The notes: generated from the letters alone by a model not told the origin. Positions 17,441 to 27,383 are shown, counted from the stretch's first letter. The stretch: 31,319 nucleotides of DNA from Flavobacteriales bacterium (GCA_947464515.1 CANHXF010000001.1:1-31319); one strand, 5' to 3'. Numbers and translations are program-made.

Positions 17441-19360
17441 ATGTTGACATTAATGATATTTTTACCGTTGATTGGTTTCTTGATCAATGGTTTGGTTGGA
17501 AGATTCTTGCCAAAAAATGTTTCCGGTTGGTTGGGTACTGCAGCTGTGTTGGGTTCATTCATTTTAGCAGTGATGAATTTCAATGCGCTTACCGCTGAGG
17601 CAGGTCAGTTGGAAAGCATCCACCAAAAATTGTTTACCTTCTTGCATGTTGGAAGTCTACACGTAGATTTTGCATTTCAATTTGATCGCTTGTCTGCGGT
17701 AATGACGTTAATCATTACGGGAATAGGCACTTTGATTCACATGTATTCAATCGCTTACATGCATGAAGATGATGGATTGTATAAGTTCTTCGCTTATCTC
17801 AACTTGTTCATTTTTAACATGTTGGTTTTGGTTTTGGGCTCCAACTACATGATGTTGTTCTTTGGTTGGGAAGGCGTGGGATTGTGCTCATACTTGCTGA
17901 TTGGATTCTGGTACAAGAATGTCGACTTTGGGAAGGCCGCTCGCAAAGCTTTCGTAATGAACCGCATCGGAGACTTAGGTCTGTTGTTGGGTTTGTTCTT
18001 GATTTACAGCACTTACGGCACTTTTGAGTACCAAGATTTGTTTTCTAGAGTATTCACCGGCACAGATGCATCGTCGAATGTCAACACAGCCATTGCCTTG
18101 TTGTTGTTTATTGGAGCGATGGGTAAGAGTGCTCAAATTCCATTGTATACTTGGTTGCCCGATGCGATGGCAGGACCAACTCCGGTTTCGGCGTTGATTC
18201 ACGCGGCGACGATGGTAACCGCTGGTATTTATTTGGTGATTCGCTCCGAAGCCATTTATGCTTTGAGTCCTTTTGCAAATGAAATAGTGATGTGGATTGG
18301 CTTGTCGACATCTATTTTGGCGGCATTAATCGGTCTAAAGCAAAACGATATCAAAAAAGTATTGGCCTACAGTACTGTGAGTCAGTTGGGTTTGATGTTT
18401 ATCGCCCTTGGTTGTGGCGCCTATACCGCTGCATTGTTTCATGTGATTACGCATGCTTTTTTCAAAGCTTTGTTATTCCTAGGTTCAGGAAGTGTGATTC
18501 ATGGCATGCACCACGAGCAAGATATCCGTCAAATGGGTGGTTTGCGCAAGAAAATGCCAATTACGTATCTGACTTTCTTAATCGGAACCTTGGCAATTAC
18601 GGGATTCCCATTCTTGTCGGGCTTTTTCTCTAAAGACGAAATCTTGATGTCGGCCTTCGCCCATAACAAACTCGTGTTTGGTTTGGCGTTGATGAGTGCT
18701 GGTATTACGGGATTCTATATGTTCAGAATGTTCTTTGTGACATTCCATGGCACTTACAGAAATCATCATCATGCATACGAAAAGGTGCACGAAAGTCCTT
18801 TGTTGATGACATTGCCTTTGCTCGTCTTGGCGGTGCTTTCAGTGATTGGCGGTGCAGTGAATTTGCCTCATTATTTGGGTGAGGGAATTTCTGGAGGTTT
18901 GCATCATTTGTTGAGTTTTGATGGGGGCGGTCAGTTTTCTCCAATTCTTATCTATCCTGAACATGCCATAGAATTATCGCATACCGCAGAAATCGCTTTG
19001 TTGGCGATGGCTGTCTCTGTGTTCGTGATCGCATTCTTGTACACTAGAAACAAATATGTTGTCAAAGGCTCTGTGCCTGAAGCGGATGCGGATCAACAGG
19101 GGATGGGAAAGGTACTTGCCAATAAGTTCTACGTGGATGAAGCCTACGATATGGCCTTTGTCGCGCCATTGGAGTCGGCCTCTGATGTTATCACCGAATA
19201 CGTGGATGAAAAAGCCCTAAAATCCGCAGTGGATGGGGTTGGAACCGGTGGATACGGTTTGAGTAAATTGCTATCGAAGATTCAGAATGGAAACATCGAA
19301 TATTATTTGTTGTATATGGTAATTGGAATTTCTTTATTGTTGGCCTTTAATCTGTTTTAA
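17441..19360 (+). CDS. nuoL: NADH-quinone oxidoreductase subunit L
   Basis: FFGWEGVGLCSYLLIGFW, NRIGD, GKSAQIPLYTWLPDAMAGPTPVSALIHAATMV, HAFFKALLF. Confidence 0.96.
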   Translation: MLTLMIFLPLIGFLINGLVGRFLPKNVSGWLGTAAVLGSFILAVMNFNALTAEAGQLESIHQKLFTFLHVGSLHVDFAFQFDRLSAVMTLIITGIGTLIHMYSIAYMHEDDGLYKFFAYLNLFIFNMLVLVLGSNYMMLFFGWEGVGLCSYLLIGFWYKNVDFGKAARKAFVMNRIGDLGLLLGLFLIYSTYGTFEYQDLFSRVFTGTDASSNVNTAIALLLFIGAMGKSAQIPLYTWLPDAMAGPTPVSALIHAATMVTAGIYLVIRSEAIYALSPFANEIVMWIGLSTSILAALIGLKQNDIKKVLAYSTVSQLGLMFIALGCGAYTAALFHVITHAFFKALLFLGSGSVIHGMHHEQDIRQMGGLRKKMPITYLTFLIGTLAITGFPFLSGFFSKDEILMSAFAHNKLVFGLALMSAGITGFYMFRMFFVTFHGTYRNHHHAYEKVHESPLLMTLPLLVLAVLSVIGGAVNLPHYLGEGISGGLHHLLSFDGGGQFSPILIYPEHAIELSHTAEIALLAMAVSVFVIAFLYTRNKYVVKGSVPEADADQQGMGKVLANKFYVDEAYDMAFVAPLESASDVITEYVDEKALKSAVDGVGTGGYGLSKLLSKIQNGNIEYYLLYMVIGISLLLAFNLF

Positions 19361-19362
19361 TC

Positions 19363-20802
19363 ATGGAAATTATACTTATACCGATCATCGCGGCCTTGGT
19401 TACAGCAGGACTGGGTAAGCGCAGCAATGTTTGGATTTCAACCTTGTTATCGCTGATTCCATTGGCGGTGCTGTATACCTATTTTACTCGTTTTGGCGTC
19501 GACAATGGTTGGAAGACCATTTTTGATCTGACCTGGATTTCTGAGAACATTCGCTTTACATTAGGATTTGATGGCCTTACGGGCATGTTGTTGTTGCTGA
19601 CCAATTTGATGGTGCCGGTGATCGTAATGGCGGGTATTCGCGACGATGAGAATCGTGTGAAGTTAACCGCATTGACATTGTTCATGCAGGGCGCGTTGAA
19701 TGGCGTATTTATGGCGCAAGACGGGTTGATGTTCTACATATTTTGGGAGCTTGCGTTGATTCCGATTTATTTCATCACATTGACAATGAGCGGGGAGAAT
19801 GCCTTTAAAATTACGTTGAGGTTCTTCTTGTATACCTTTATTGGTTCTTTGGCGATGTTGGCCAGTTTGCTTTACTTGTTCCTACACACAGCCGATTACT
19901 CTTTTTCGTTCGAAGCATTGCGTGCCGTTGAATTGTCGCGCATCGAATCCATTTGGGTTGGAGCAGGTATTCTGTTGGCTTTTGTTGTGAAAATTCCGTT
20001 GTTGCCTTTCCATTCTTGGCAGGCCGATACTTATACCCATTCTCCCGCTGCCGGTTCGATGTTATTGAGCGGTATCATGCTAAAAATGGGATTGTATGGG
20101 TTGCTTCGTTGGTATTTGCCATTGGCTCCTGAGAGCATCGAATTCTTCCAGCCTTGGATTATTGGACTTTCTGTTGCCGGTGTGTTGTATGGCGCTTTGA
20201 TTGCTATCAGACAGAAAGATATGAAGCGTTTGATTGCCTTTTCTTCTTTGTCGCACGTGGCCTTAATCGCTGCGGGTATTTTTACATTAACGGCTGAGGG
20301 TTTAGAAGGTGGCGTTTTGCAGATGTTTGTTCACGGCGTGAATGTTATTGGTTTGTTTTTGGTGGTTGAATTGATCGAAAAGAGCACTGGAACACGTTTA
20401 TTAGGTGAGTTGGGTGGATTGGCTAAGTCGAATCGCTCGTTTATGATATTCTTCATGCTCTTGGCATTGGGTACGGTTGCCGTTCCTTTCACCAATGGTT
20501 TTCCTGGTGAATTCATGTTGTTGAAGGCGGTTTATATGTACAATCCAAATATGGCGTTGTTGGCCGGATTGACCATCATATTCTGTGCAGTTTACATCTT
20601 TAGAATGGTGCAGTTTAGTATGTTTGGCGAAGGTAAGCATGAGGTTTCATTGCTAAAATGGAATGAATATGTCGCATTTGGAATTTTGTCTGTTGCGGTA
20701 TTATTGATTGGATTTGTCCCACAGTTGTTCATCGACGTGGTGCATTCGAGTATATTACAAATTGTTACATGGGTTTCAGAAGCTAAAGGAGTATTGTCAT
20801 GA
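19363..20802 (+). CDS. nuoM: NADH-quinone oxidoreductase subunit M
   Basis: FYIFWELALIP, VKIPLLPFHSW, LKMGLYG, KRLIAFSSLSH, FPGEF. Confidence 0.94.
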   Translation: MEIILIPIIAALVTAGLGKRSNVWISTLLSLIPLAVLYTYFTRFGVDNGWKTIFDLTWISENIRFTLGFDGLTGMLLLLTNLMVPVIVMAGIRDDENRVKLTALTLFMQGALNGVFMAQDGLMFYIFWELALIPIYFITLTMSGENAFKITLRFFLYTFIGSLAMLASLLYLFLHTADYSFSFEALRAVELSRIESIWVGAGILLAFVVKIPLLPFHSWQADTYTHSPAAGSMLLSGIMLKMGLYGLLRWYLPLAPESIEFFQPWIIGLSVAGVLYGALIAIRQKDMKRLIAFSSLSHVALIAAGIFTLTAEGLEGGVLQMFVHGVNVIGLFLVVELIEKSTGTRLLGELGGLAKSNRSFMIFFMLLALGTVAVPFTNGFPGEFMLLKAVYMYNPNMALLAGLTIIFCAVYIFRMVQFSMFGEGKHEVSLLKWNEYVAFGILSVAVLLIGFVPQLFIDVVHSSILQIVTWVSEAKGVLS

Positions 20803-22193
20803 TCGCATTATTTATCACATTTTTCGCCGCCGTAGTCATTTTGTTTTTAGGGCTAAACAAGAAGGAATCTTCTTTTTCAAACTTGGCAGTGGTGGCTTTG
20901 ATGGCTTCCTCGATTTGTTCTTTTTGCAATGCCAAAGGTCTTTGCAATTTCGCCATTTTAGAATCTTGGGTTCCCGCGAACATGATGTTGTTTGGCTATT
21001 CCGAGCACATGTTTGCTTCGTTGTTGGCTTTTGTTGCTGCAGTGATTGTATTTGCCTTTAGAAAGAACGATAATTTGGGTACCGATCAGTTGGGGTTAAT
21101 TATGTTCAGCCTTTGTGGTGCTTTCATGATGATATCTTACCAACACATTGTGATGTTGTTCTTGGGCATCGAGGTTTTGTCGATTCCACTTTATGTTTTG
21201 GCAGGATCAAAGAAAGATAGTTTGGCTTCAAACGAAGCATCGTTGAAATACTTCTTGATGGGTGCCTTCTCAACGGGCATTTTCTTGTTGGGTACCGCTT
21301 TTATTTACGGAGGTACTGGGTCGTTGGAATTGGAAATGATGGGTATCAAGCCCAGTTTCATGCACGCCATGGAAGGGATGCCAATCCCGACATTGATCAA
21401 TGCAGGATTGATTCTAATGAGCGTCGGCTTGTTGTTTAAAGTGGCAGCAGCGCCTTTCCATTTCTGGGCACCTGACGTTTACGTAGGAAGTCCAAATAGA
21501 ACCACCGTGTTCATGGCAACCATCGTAAAAATCACTGCATTTGTGGCTTTTAATAAATTGTTGTCAACCTTTGGTGGCATTCATAATACCTGGAGCGGTT
21601 GGTTGTGCGTATTGGGTATGATAACCATCGTTTGGGGTAACCTTGCTGGTTTGGTGCAAAACGGTGTCAAAAGAACTTTGGCCTTCAGTAGTATCGCTCA
21701 CGCAGGCTATTTGGTGATGTTCTTGCTGATTTTGGATGAGTCAAAAACTTGGATTTTGTGGTATTATGGCTTTGCCTATGCCCTTGCCAGTGTATTGGTA
21801 TTCTTGATTGCGCATCAAAGTGCAACTGATAAGAATCCTGTGGGATTTGATATGTTCAATGGCTTATCAAAGCGCTCTCCTTGGGTGGCTTTTGCTTTGG
21901 TAGTGGGTGTCTTGTCGATGGCTGGAATCCCAATTTCTGCCGGATTCGATGCCAAATTCTATCTATTCTCTTTCGCTTGGCAATCATCTCCTTGGTTGGT
22001 AGGTGTAGGCTTGTTAGGCTCTGCGATATCAATTGGATACTATTTCAAGTTTATCAAGCACGCTTTCTTGGTGAAAGTGGATGGTGATGAAACAGCAGTA
22101 GAATACAACGACAAAGGTCTGATGATGTTGATCGCAGCGTTATTGTTGTTAGCGGGTGCGATGCCTTGGGTATTGCTGAAGTGGGTATTCTAA
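20799..22193 (+). CDS. nuoN: NADH-quinone oxidoreductase subunit N
   Basis: EASLKYFLMGA, FKVAAAPFHFWAPDVY, KRTLAFSSIAHAGY, SMAGIP; ATGA overlap with nuoM. Confidence 0.94.
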   Translation: MIALFITFFAAVVILFLGLNKKESSFSNLAVVALMASSICSFCNAKGLCNFAILESWVPANMMLFGYSEHMFASLLAFVAAVIVFAFRKNDNLGTDQLGLIMFSLCGAFMMISYQHIVMLFLGIEVLSIPLYVLAGSKKDSLASNEASLKYFLMGAFSTGIFLLGTAFIYGGTGSLELEMMGIKPSFMHAMEGMPIPTLINAGLILMSVGLLFKVAAAPFHFWAPDVYVGSPNRTTVFMATIVKITAFVAFNKLLSTFGGIHNTWSGWLCVLGMITIVWGNLAGLVQNGVKRTLAFSSIAHAGYLVMFLLILDESKTWILWYYGFAYALASVLVFLIAHQSATDKNPVGFDMFNGLSKRSPWVAFALVVGVLSMAGIPISAGFDAKFYLFSFAWQSSPWLVGVGLLGSAISIGYYFKFIKHAFLVKVDGDETAVEYNDKGLMMLIAALLLLAGAMPWVLLKWVF

Positions 22194-22202
22194 ATTTCCG
22201 AA

Positions 22203-22805
22203 TTAGAATTTGTAGCCAAAGCGGTAGATAAAAGCGCCGAAGGGCATGTTTTCTGAATAAGCTCCGTTGGTTGAGAGGCCAATTGAAATCCAGCTCGACA
22301 TATCATCGCTAGATAAATAACCTATGCAAATAATAGGGGATCCAATCCATTGTCGATCCATAGTGTTTTTGATATTCGTATTTAGATGTCGATATTCACC
22401 TTGGATGAATATTTTGTTTAATGTCAATCGAGCAAATCCAAATCCCCCAAAACTCGCGTGGTTTGATGCCAGCCCAGCATGGATACCGCCGCCCAACAAA
22501 ATTCTCTGGTTCCACCAATAACCTGCCTGAGGATCTAAGGACAGATAAAAATTATTACTATTACCATTTCCATTTGTCATGAATTCAATGGCTTTGTACG
22601 GCTCGATTTTGTCCTTAAACGATGAAGAAAATTGGTAATCATCAATGAGTTGGGTGTCTCGGCTTGATTGGTTAGTGTCAGTCACCCTAGAAGGAGTGGG
22701 CTTCTTCTTCGTATCGCCCTCCAAACCATCATACTGACCGTAGCAGCCAATGGTGGAAAGAAATAGGATAAATAGTACGATTCCTTTATGGTTTGACAAT
22801 GTCAT
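22203..22805 (-). CDS. Hypothetical secreted protein, probable small outer-membrane beta-barrel
   Basis: Signal-like N-terminus, Gly/aromatic amphipathic strands, and a C-terminal YRFGYKF ending in Phe (BAM-type signal). Confidence 0.6.
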   Translation of the reverse strand: MTLSNHKGIVLFILFLSTIGCYGQYDGLEGDTKKKPTPSRVTDTNQSSRDTQLIDDYQFSSSFKDKIEPYKAIEFMTNGNGNSNNFYLSLDPQAGYWWNQRILLGGGIHAGLASNHASFGGFGFARLTLNKIFIQGEYRHLNTNIKNTMDRQWIGSPIICIGYLSSDDMSSWISIGLSTNGAYSENMPFGAFIYRFGYKF

Positions 22806-22858
22806 TTACTTGTTTCCCCGCAATTATACGCGTAAAATTGTAACTGTTTAGACACACT

Positions 22859-23929
22859 ATGTCAAAGATTCATAATTTCTCTGCCGGTCCATCCATTTTG
22901 GCGGAGAGTGCTTTTGAAAAAAGCATACAGGACATCAAGAATTTCGCCGGAACTGGCTTGAGTATCTTGGAAGTTTCCCATAGAGGAAAAGAGTTTGAAA
23001 AAGTAATGGCTGATGCTGCAGGCCTCGTAAGAACATTGTTGGGCGTGCCCGATGATTACGATGTCCTTTTTCTTCAAGGAGGTGCCAGCACTCAGTTTTT
23101 TCAAATCCCAATGAATTTTTTAAAGACCAAAGCGGCGTACACAGATACTGGAACTTGGGCAAATCGCGCTTTGATCGAAGCAAAAGGCTTTGGCGAAGTA
23201 AATGTGGTTGCCTCAAGCAAAGGATCGAACTATTCTTTTATACCTAAGGACTACCAAGTGCCTCAAGATGTCGATTATTTCCATTGTACCAGCAACAATA
23301 CAATTTTTGGCACACAGATCAAGCAATATCCTGATTGTGGCAACACGCCGCTGATTTGTGATATGAGCTCTGACATTTTCTCTAAGCCCGTAGATGTGTC
23401 GAAGTTCGCCATGATTTACGCCGGAGCACAGAAAAATATGGGCCCTGCGGGTGTCACTTTGGTGATTATCAAAAAGGATATGTACGATAAAATGGCCGAC
23501 AGACATATTCCGACCATGATGAAGTATAAAATTCATGCCGACAACGACAGTATGTACAATACTCCGCCAGTGTTCCCAATTTTGGTTTCAAAATATAACT
23601 TGGAATGGATGTTAAGTGCAGGTGGAGTAGAAGGTATGGCAAAACGCAATCAAGAGAAGGCGGATTTGTTGTATAACGCCATCGACAATAGTCCTTATTT
23701 TAAAGGAACTACAGCCGTTGAAGATCGCAGTCAGATGAATGTTTGCTTTGTTTTTGATGAAGAACATATTGGTTTGGAGGAGAAATTCAACGCAGCTTGT
23801 AAGGAAGCGAATTTGTCCGGATTGAAAGGCCACAGAAGTGTTGGAGGTTATCGCGCATCGTTGTACAATGCTTTGCCTTTGGAAAGTGTTCAGGCGTTGG
23901 TGAATGTAATGGAGACCTTTGCATCATGA
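22859..23929 (+). CDS. serC: Phosphoserine aminotransferase
   Basis: HNFSAGPS, LFLQGGAS, CDMSSD, YAGAQKNMGPAG (PLP lysine), GHRSVGGYRASLYNA. Confidence 0.97.
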   Translation: MSKIHNFSAGPSILAESAFEKSIQDIKNFAGTGLSILEVSHRGKEFEKVMADAAGLVRTLLGVPDDYDVLFLQGGASTQFFQIPMNFLKTKAAYTDTGTWANRALIEAKGFGEVNVVASSKGSNYSFIPKDYQVPQDVDYFHCTSNNTIFGTQIKQYPDCGNTPLICDMSSDIFSKPVDVSKFAMIYAGAQKNMGPAGVTLVIIKKDMYDKMADRHIPTMMKYKIHADNDSMYNTPPVFPILVSKYNLEWMLSAGGVEGMAKRNQEKADLLYNAIDNSPYFKGTTAVEDRSQMNVCFVFDEEHIGLEEKFNAACKEANLSGLKGHRSVGGYRASLYNALPLESVQALVNVMETFAS

Positions 23930-24873
23930 GAGTTTTAGCAAATGACGGAATAGATGCTGCGGGTAAGTCAATAATAGAAGCCGCAGGTTTTGAGGTGATT
24001 ACCACGAAAATCGCTCAAGAGGAATTGGCCGATAAAATCAATGAATACGATGTGTTGATCGTGAGAAGTGCAACGAAAGTCAATGCGAATATCATCAATG
24101 CATCAAACTTGAAATTGATTGCTCGCGCCGGTGTTGGTTTGGATAATATCGATATCAAAGCAGCTGGATTGAAAAATATTCCCGTTGTCAATACCCCCAA
24201 TGCTAGCAGTCGTTCCGTTGCTGAATTGGTCTTCGCTCACTTATTCTCCTTATCGCGTTTCTTGCACAAAGCCAATCGTGAAATGCCAACCCATGGGATC
24301 GATGGGTTTAAAGAAATGAAAAAGGTGTATTCTGAAGGCTTTGAGTTGATGGGCAAGAAATTGGGTATCATCGGTTTCGGTAGAATTGGTCAAGAGGTTG
24401 CCAAAATGGCTATCGGACTGGGTATGGAAGTACTCGTTTACGACTATAAACAAAGAGAATTCGATGTGGTTGTATCATTGTCGAATGCCTATAAAGCAAA
24501 TAATTTCAAGTTGACGCTAAAGGGTCAGTCTTTGGAAACGGTTTTATCTCAATCAGATTGTATCACTTTGCATACCCCTGGTAGCGAAGAGGTGATGAAT
24601 GCTGAAAACATCGCGATGATGAAAAAAGGGTCGGTGCTAATCAACTGTGCTCGCGGTGGCGTTGTCAATGAGCAGGCTTTGGCTGATGCGTTGTCGAGCG
24701 GACATATTTCTGCGGCGGGTGTTGATGTTTTTGTCAATGAACCACCAACCAACGATTTGATGATAAGCCAATCCAACTGTAGTTTATCTCCCCATATTGG
24801 TGCAAGTACCAAGGAAGCCCAGGAGAGAGTAGGGATAGAGCTTGCTGAGAGAATTACTTCGTTTTTTAAATAA
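23926..24873 (+). CDS. serA: D-3-phosphoglycerate dehydrogenase, short form without ACT domain
   Basis: ARAGVGLDNID, NTPNA, GIIGFGRIG, INCARGG, LSPHIGAST; 315 aa; ATGA overlap with serC. Confidence 0.9.
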   Translation: MRVLANDGIDAAGKSIIEAAGFEVITTKIAQEELADKINEYDVLIVRSATKVNANIINASNLKLIARAGVGLDNIDIKAAGLKNIPVVNTPNASSRSVAELVFAHLFSLSRFLHKANREMPTHGIDGFKEMKKVYSEGFELMGKKLGIIGFGRIGQEVAKMAIGLGMEVLVYDYKQREFDVVVSLSNAYKANNFKLTLKGQSLETVLSQSDCITLHTPGSEEVMNAENIAMMKKGSVLINCARGGVVNEQALADALSSGHISAAGVDVFVNEPPTNDLMISQSNCSLSPHIGASTKEAQERVGIELAERITSFFK

Positions 24874-24882
24874 TAGATCGCA

Positions 24883-26088
24883 GTGATTCGGGTATTTCCA
24901 TTTTCTTCATTGATTCCGTCCGAAGAAATGCAACAATCGGTGCCTACGTACGGCTCAGGTAAGTTGCCTCAACCTATTTTGGAGTCGTTGGCTAAGGAAA
25001 ACCCAAATAGCTTTATCCGTGTGGTAAAGCCTCAATACGTTGATGCGAGTATCGAACAGGGTACGGATAGATTTTACCAACAGAGCGCGGACAATCTAAA
25101 TGCATTGATCGATGGCGGTAAGATTGTGAAGCAAGGCCCCGCCATTTATTTGTATGAGCAAAAACAACCCGGCGCTAATCCGCTTAGAGGAGTGGTTGTT
25201 TCTGTCTCCGCCGCCTCTTACTTGGGTGGTTCGGTAAAGAAACACGAGAATGTTTTAGAGAATAAGTGCCATCGCTTGGCTAAGCATGTCGAGGCTTTGA
25301 ACAGTGTTGCGGAGCCCGTTTTGTTGTCGAACAAATTGCCCGCTGTGTTGCTGGATAGTTTGCATCATTTAGAATTGATGAACCCAGTTGCTACGACCAT
25401 TTGCGCTCAGGGATTTGAGCATACGCTTTGGGAGTTGAATGATGAACAATCGGATGCAGTGATCTCATCATTGGAGACTTTGGATTCATTGTATATCGCC
25501 GATGGACATCATCGCATGGCGGCTGTGAGTGAATTTTTGTTGAAAGAGGGCAAGTCGGATTCTCAAGGCGTAATGTCGTTGATCATGGACCGCGACGAAC
25601 TGCTTATCAAATCATTTCACAGGCTATTGAAGAATGTAGGTGATGTGGATGTTCAAAGTCATTTAGAAAATTCGGGACTCTCATTTTCGCAAATACAAAT
25701 AACGAACGATGCAATTTTGGCTGCCGATACGGTGGCTATCCTCAGCAGACAGGGCGATTTTGTTATCGAACTTGGCAAAACCGATTCAAATACCAACGCA
25801 GTAGGGAAACTGGAAGTAAATCGTATAGAAACGATGTTGTTTCCAGCTATGTTTGGGATTAGCGATACTAGCAAGGACGACCGAATGGCGTTTATGCGCG
25901 GTGACACCCCGATTTCTGAAATCAAAGCGATGTTAGAGAAGGGTGAATGTGATTTCGCCTTTGTTGTCCCAGCGAATTCTTTTGGGCAGGTGATGGATGT
26001 GGCGGATCAGGGATTGACAATGCCACCGAAAAGCACTTGGGTGGAGCCCAAATTACTGACAGGGTTTATTACGCAGTTGTTTGATTAA
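24883..26088 (+). CDS. DUF1015 family protein
   Basis: YIADGHHR and C-terminal MPPKSTWVEPKL..G motifs; position after serC-serA; GTG start. Confidence 0.85.
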   Translation: MIRVFPFSSLIPSEEMQQSVPTYGSGKLPQPILESLAKENPNSFIRVVKPQYVDASIEQGTDRFYQQSADNLNALIDGGKIVKQGPAIYLYEQKQPGANPLRGVVVSVSAASYLGGSVKKHENVLENKCHRLAKHVEALNSVAEPVLLSNKLPAVLLDSLHHLELMNPVATTICAQGFEHTLWELNDEQSDAVISSLETLDSLYIADGHHRMAAVSEFLLKEGKSDSQGVMSLIMDRDELLIKSFHRLLKNVGDVDVQSHLENSGLSFSQIQITNDAILAADTVAILSRQGDFVIELGKTDSNTNAVGKLEVNRIETMLFPAMFGISDTSKDDRMAFMRGDTPISEIKAMLEKGECDFAFVVPANSFGQVMDVADQGLTMPPKSTWVEPKLLTGFITQLFD

Positions 26089-26417
26089 AACAACGACATC
26101 TGCTTTTTTGATTCCGACTTAAAATTAAAAGTATCGCCCAATTCTTTATGAATCATTTCGATAGATTCTAAGTGGATGGTATAAACACTTGAGGTTTTTA
26201 CTGGCTTCATTTTAATCAATTTACCGTCTTTTAACTTCTGTAGATGTCCAGATACGGTACTTTGAGAATAAGGAAGTTGATCCACGATATCTTGACATGA
26301 ACTGGGACCATTTTCCAATAAATGTTTTAATATCAAAATACGGGCCGGGTGACCCATTGCTTTAATGCCTTCTGCCAATTCTGTCAATTGGTTTTCAAAC
26401 TTTCCTTTAATTCCCAT
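26085..26417 (-). CDS. ArsR/SmtB family transcriptional regulator
   Basis: KAMGHPARILIL...SQSTVSGHLQKLKDGKLI winged helix-turn-helix; 110 aa. Confidence 0.88.
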   Translation of the reverse strand: MGIKGKFENQLTELAEGIKAMGHPARILILKHLLENGPSSCQDIVDQLPYSQSTVSGHLQKLKDGKLIKMKPVKTSSVYTIHLESIEMIHKELGDTFNFKSESKKQMSLF

Positions 26418-26440
26418 TCTGTTGTTTTAATCGTAAAATG

Positions 26441-26468
26441 CAAATATAGTAACGATAATTATCGCAAA
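26441..26468 (-). promoter_or_regulatory. Putative arsR-family promoter with embedded palindromic operator
   Basis: Minus strand TTTG-N16-TATATTTG (spacer shorter than usual). A perfect 12-bp palindrome CGATAATTATCG at 26453..26464 lies within the spacer. Confidence 0.5.
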
Positions 26469-26480
26469 AGAACAATGGAG

Positions 26481-27110
26481 TTAAATGAAGTCAATTAATT
26501 TGTGAATAGGTCTACGAACTTTATTAGCAGACGCCAATGGGTCGATATTCTGATCTCTATAACCCACGGCAAGAATTACAGCGGCGTGTAAATCAAGCTT
26601 GTCCAACGCTAAGATTTCGTTAACAGCTGTTGCTGAGAATCCCTCCATCGGTGTCGCATCAATTTGTTGACTTGCCGCAGATACCATTGCAGTTCCAAGT
26701 GCTATGTAGGTTTGTTTACTGGCCCACAATTCAATTTGTTCCGGTGATTGTTTTGATAAATAACCCCAGACCATGCCTCTGAACCCTGCCAAGGATTCAA
26801 TAGTAACACCACGCGTTTCGGCAATCAGCGCCATATAGTCATCCACTTTGGTTTCGGTTACAGATTTCCAAGAAGCAAAAACGATAAGGTGAGAGGCCTC
26901 TGTAGATTGGGGTTGGTTGTTTAATGCCGGTTTTAACTGATTTTGCAATTCCTTATTTTCGATCACAAATACATGGAAGGGTTGAATTCCCAGGGAAGTA
27001 GGAGTGAGTCTAATGGATTCTAAGATATCATTCAAAGATGATTCTGGTATTGATTCTCCGTTATAGCGTTTTGTGGCATAGCGCCAGTTGAGGTGATGAT
27101 TGATGGACAT
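26481..27110 (-). CDS. Nitroreductase-family NAD(P)H-dependent flavin oxidoreductase (NfsB-like)
   Basis: LNWRYATKRY, PTSLGIQPF, KQTYIALG, DATPMEGF, LAVGYR. Confidence 0.92.
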   Translation of the reverse strand: MSINHHLNWRYATKRYNGESIPESSLNDILESIRLTPTSLGIQPFHVFVIENKELQNQLKPALNNQPQSTEASHLIVFASWKSVTETKVDDYMALIAETRGVTIESLAGFRGMVWGYLSKQSPEQIELWASKQTYIALGTAMVSAASQQIDATPMEGFSATAVNEILALDKLDLHAAVILAVGYRDQNIDPLASANKVRRPIHKLIDFI

Positions 27111-27252
27111 TGATGCGAATTTACAACAGGGTAGAGGAAATTCTGTTGGATTTTGAGGTGTTTATTTTGCGAGTTTTGTCATTGATTTCCAATCGAATAG
27201 TTGATAGAAGCCCTTTTCCTTGGAAAAATCTTATTTATTTGCGTTGTATTGC

Positions 27253-27282
27253 TTTGAAATTTCAATAATTGTGCTAATTTTG
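27253..27282 (+). promoter_or_regulatory. Bacteroidota sigma-A promoter of tRNA-Val
   Basis: TTTG (27253..27256)-N18-TAATTTTG (27275..27282). Confidence 0.6.
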
Positions 27283-27308
27283 CAGTCCCGTTTAGCACAT
27301 CAGGAAAG

Positions 27309-27383
27309 GGGAGTTTAGCTCAGCTGGTTCAGAGCATCTGCCTTACAAGCAGAGGGTCGGGGGTTCGAATCCCTCAACTCCCA
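27309..27383 (+). tRNA. tRNA-Val (anticodon TAC)
   Basis: 75-nt cloverleaf: acceptor GGGAGTT/AACTCCC, D arm GCTC..GAGC, anticodon arm TCTGC-CTTACAA-GCAGA, T loop TTCGAAT. CCA is not encoded. Confidence 0.97.

Noticed and set aside
26085-26088. Convergent stop codons sharing TTAA (DUF1015 and ArsR)
   Set aside because: A common result of genome compaction; no further signal.
27254-27298. Palindrome TTGAAATTTCAA and GTGCTAA/TTAGCAC inverted repeat in the tRNA promoter
   Set aside because: Short, AT-rich and overlapping core promoter elements; not distinguishable from chance without orthologues.
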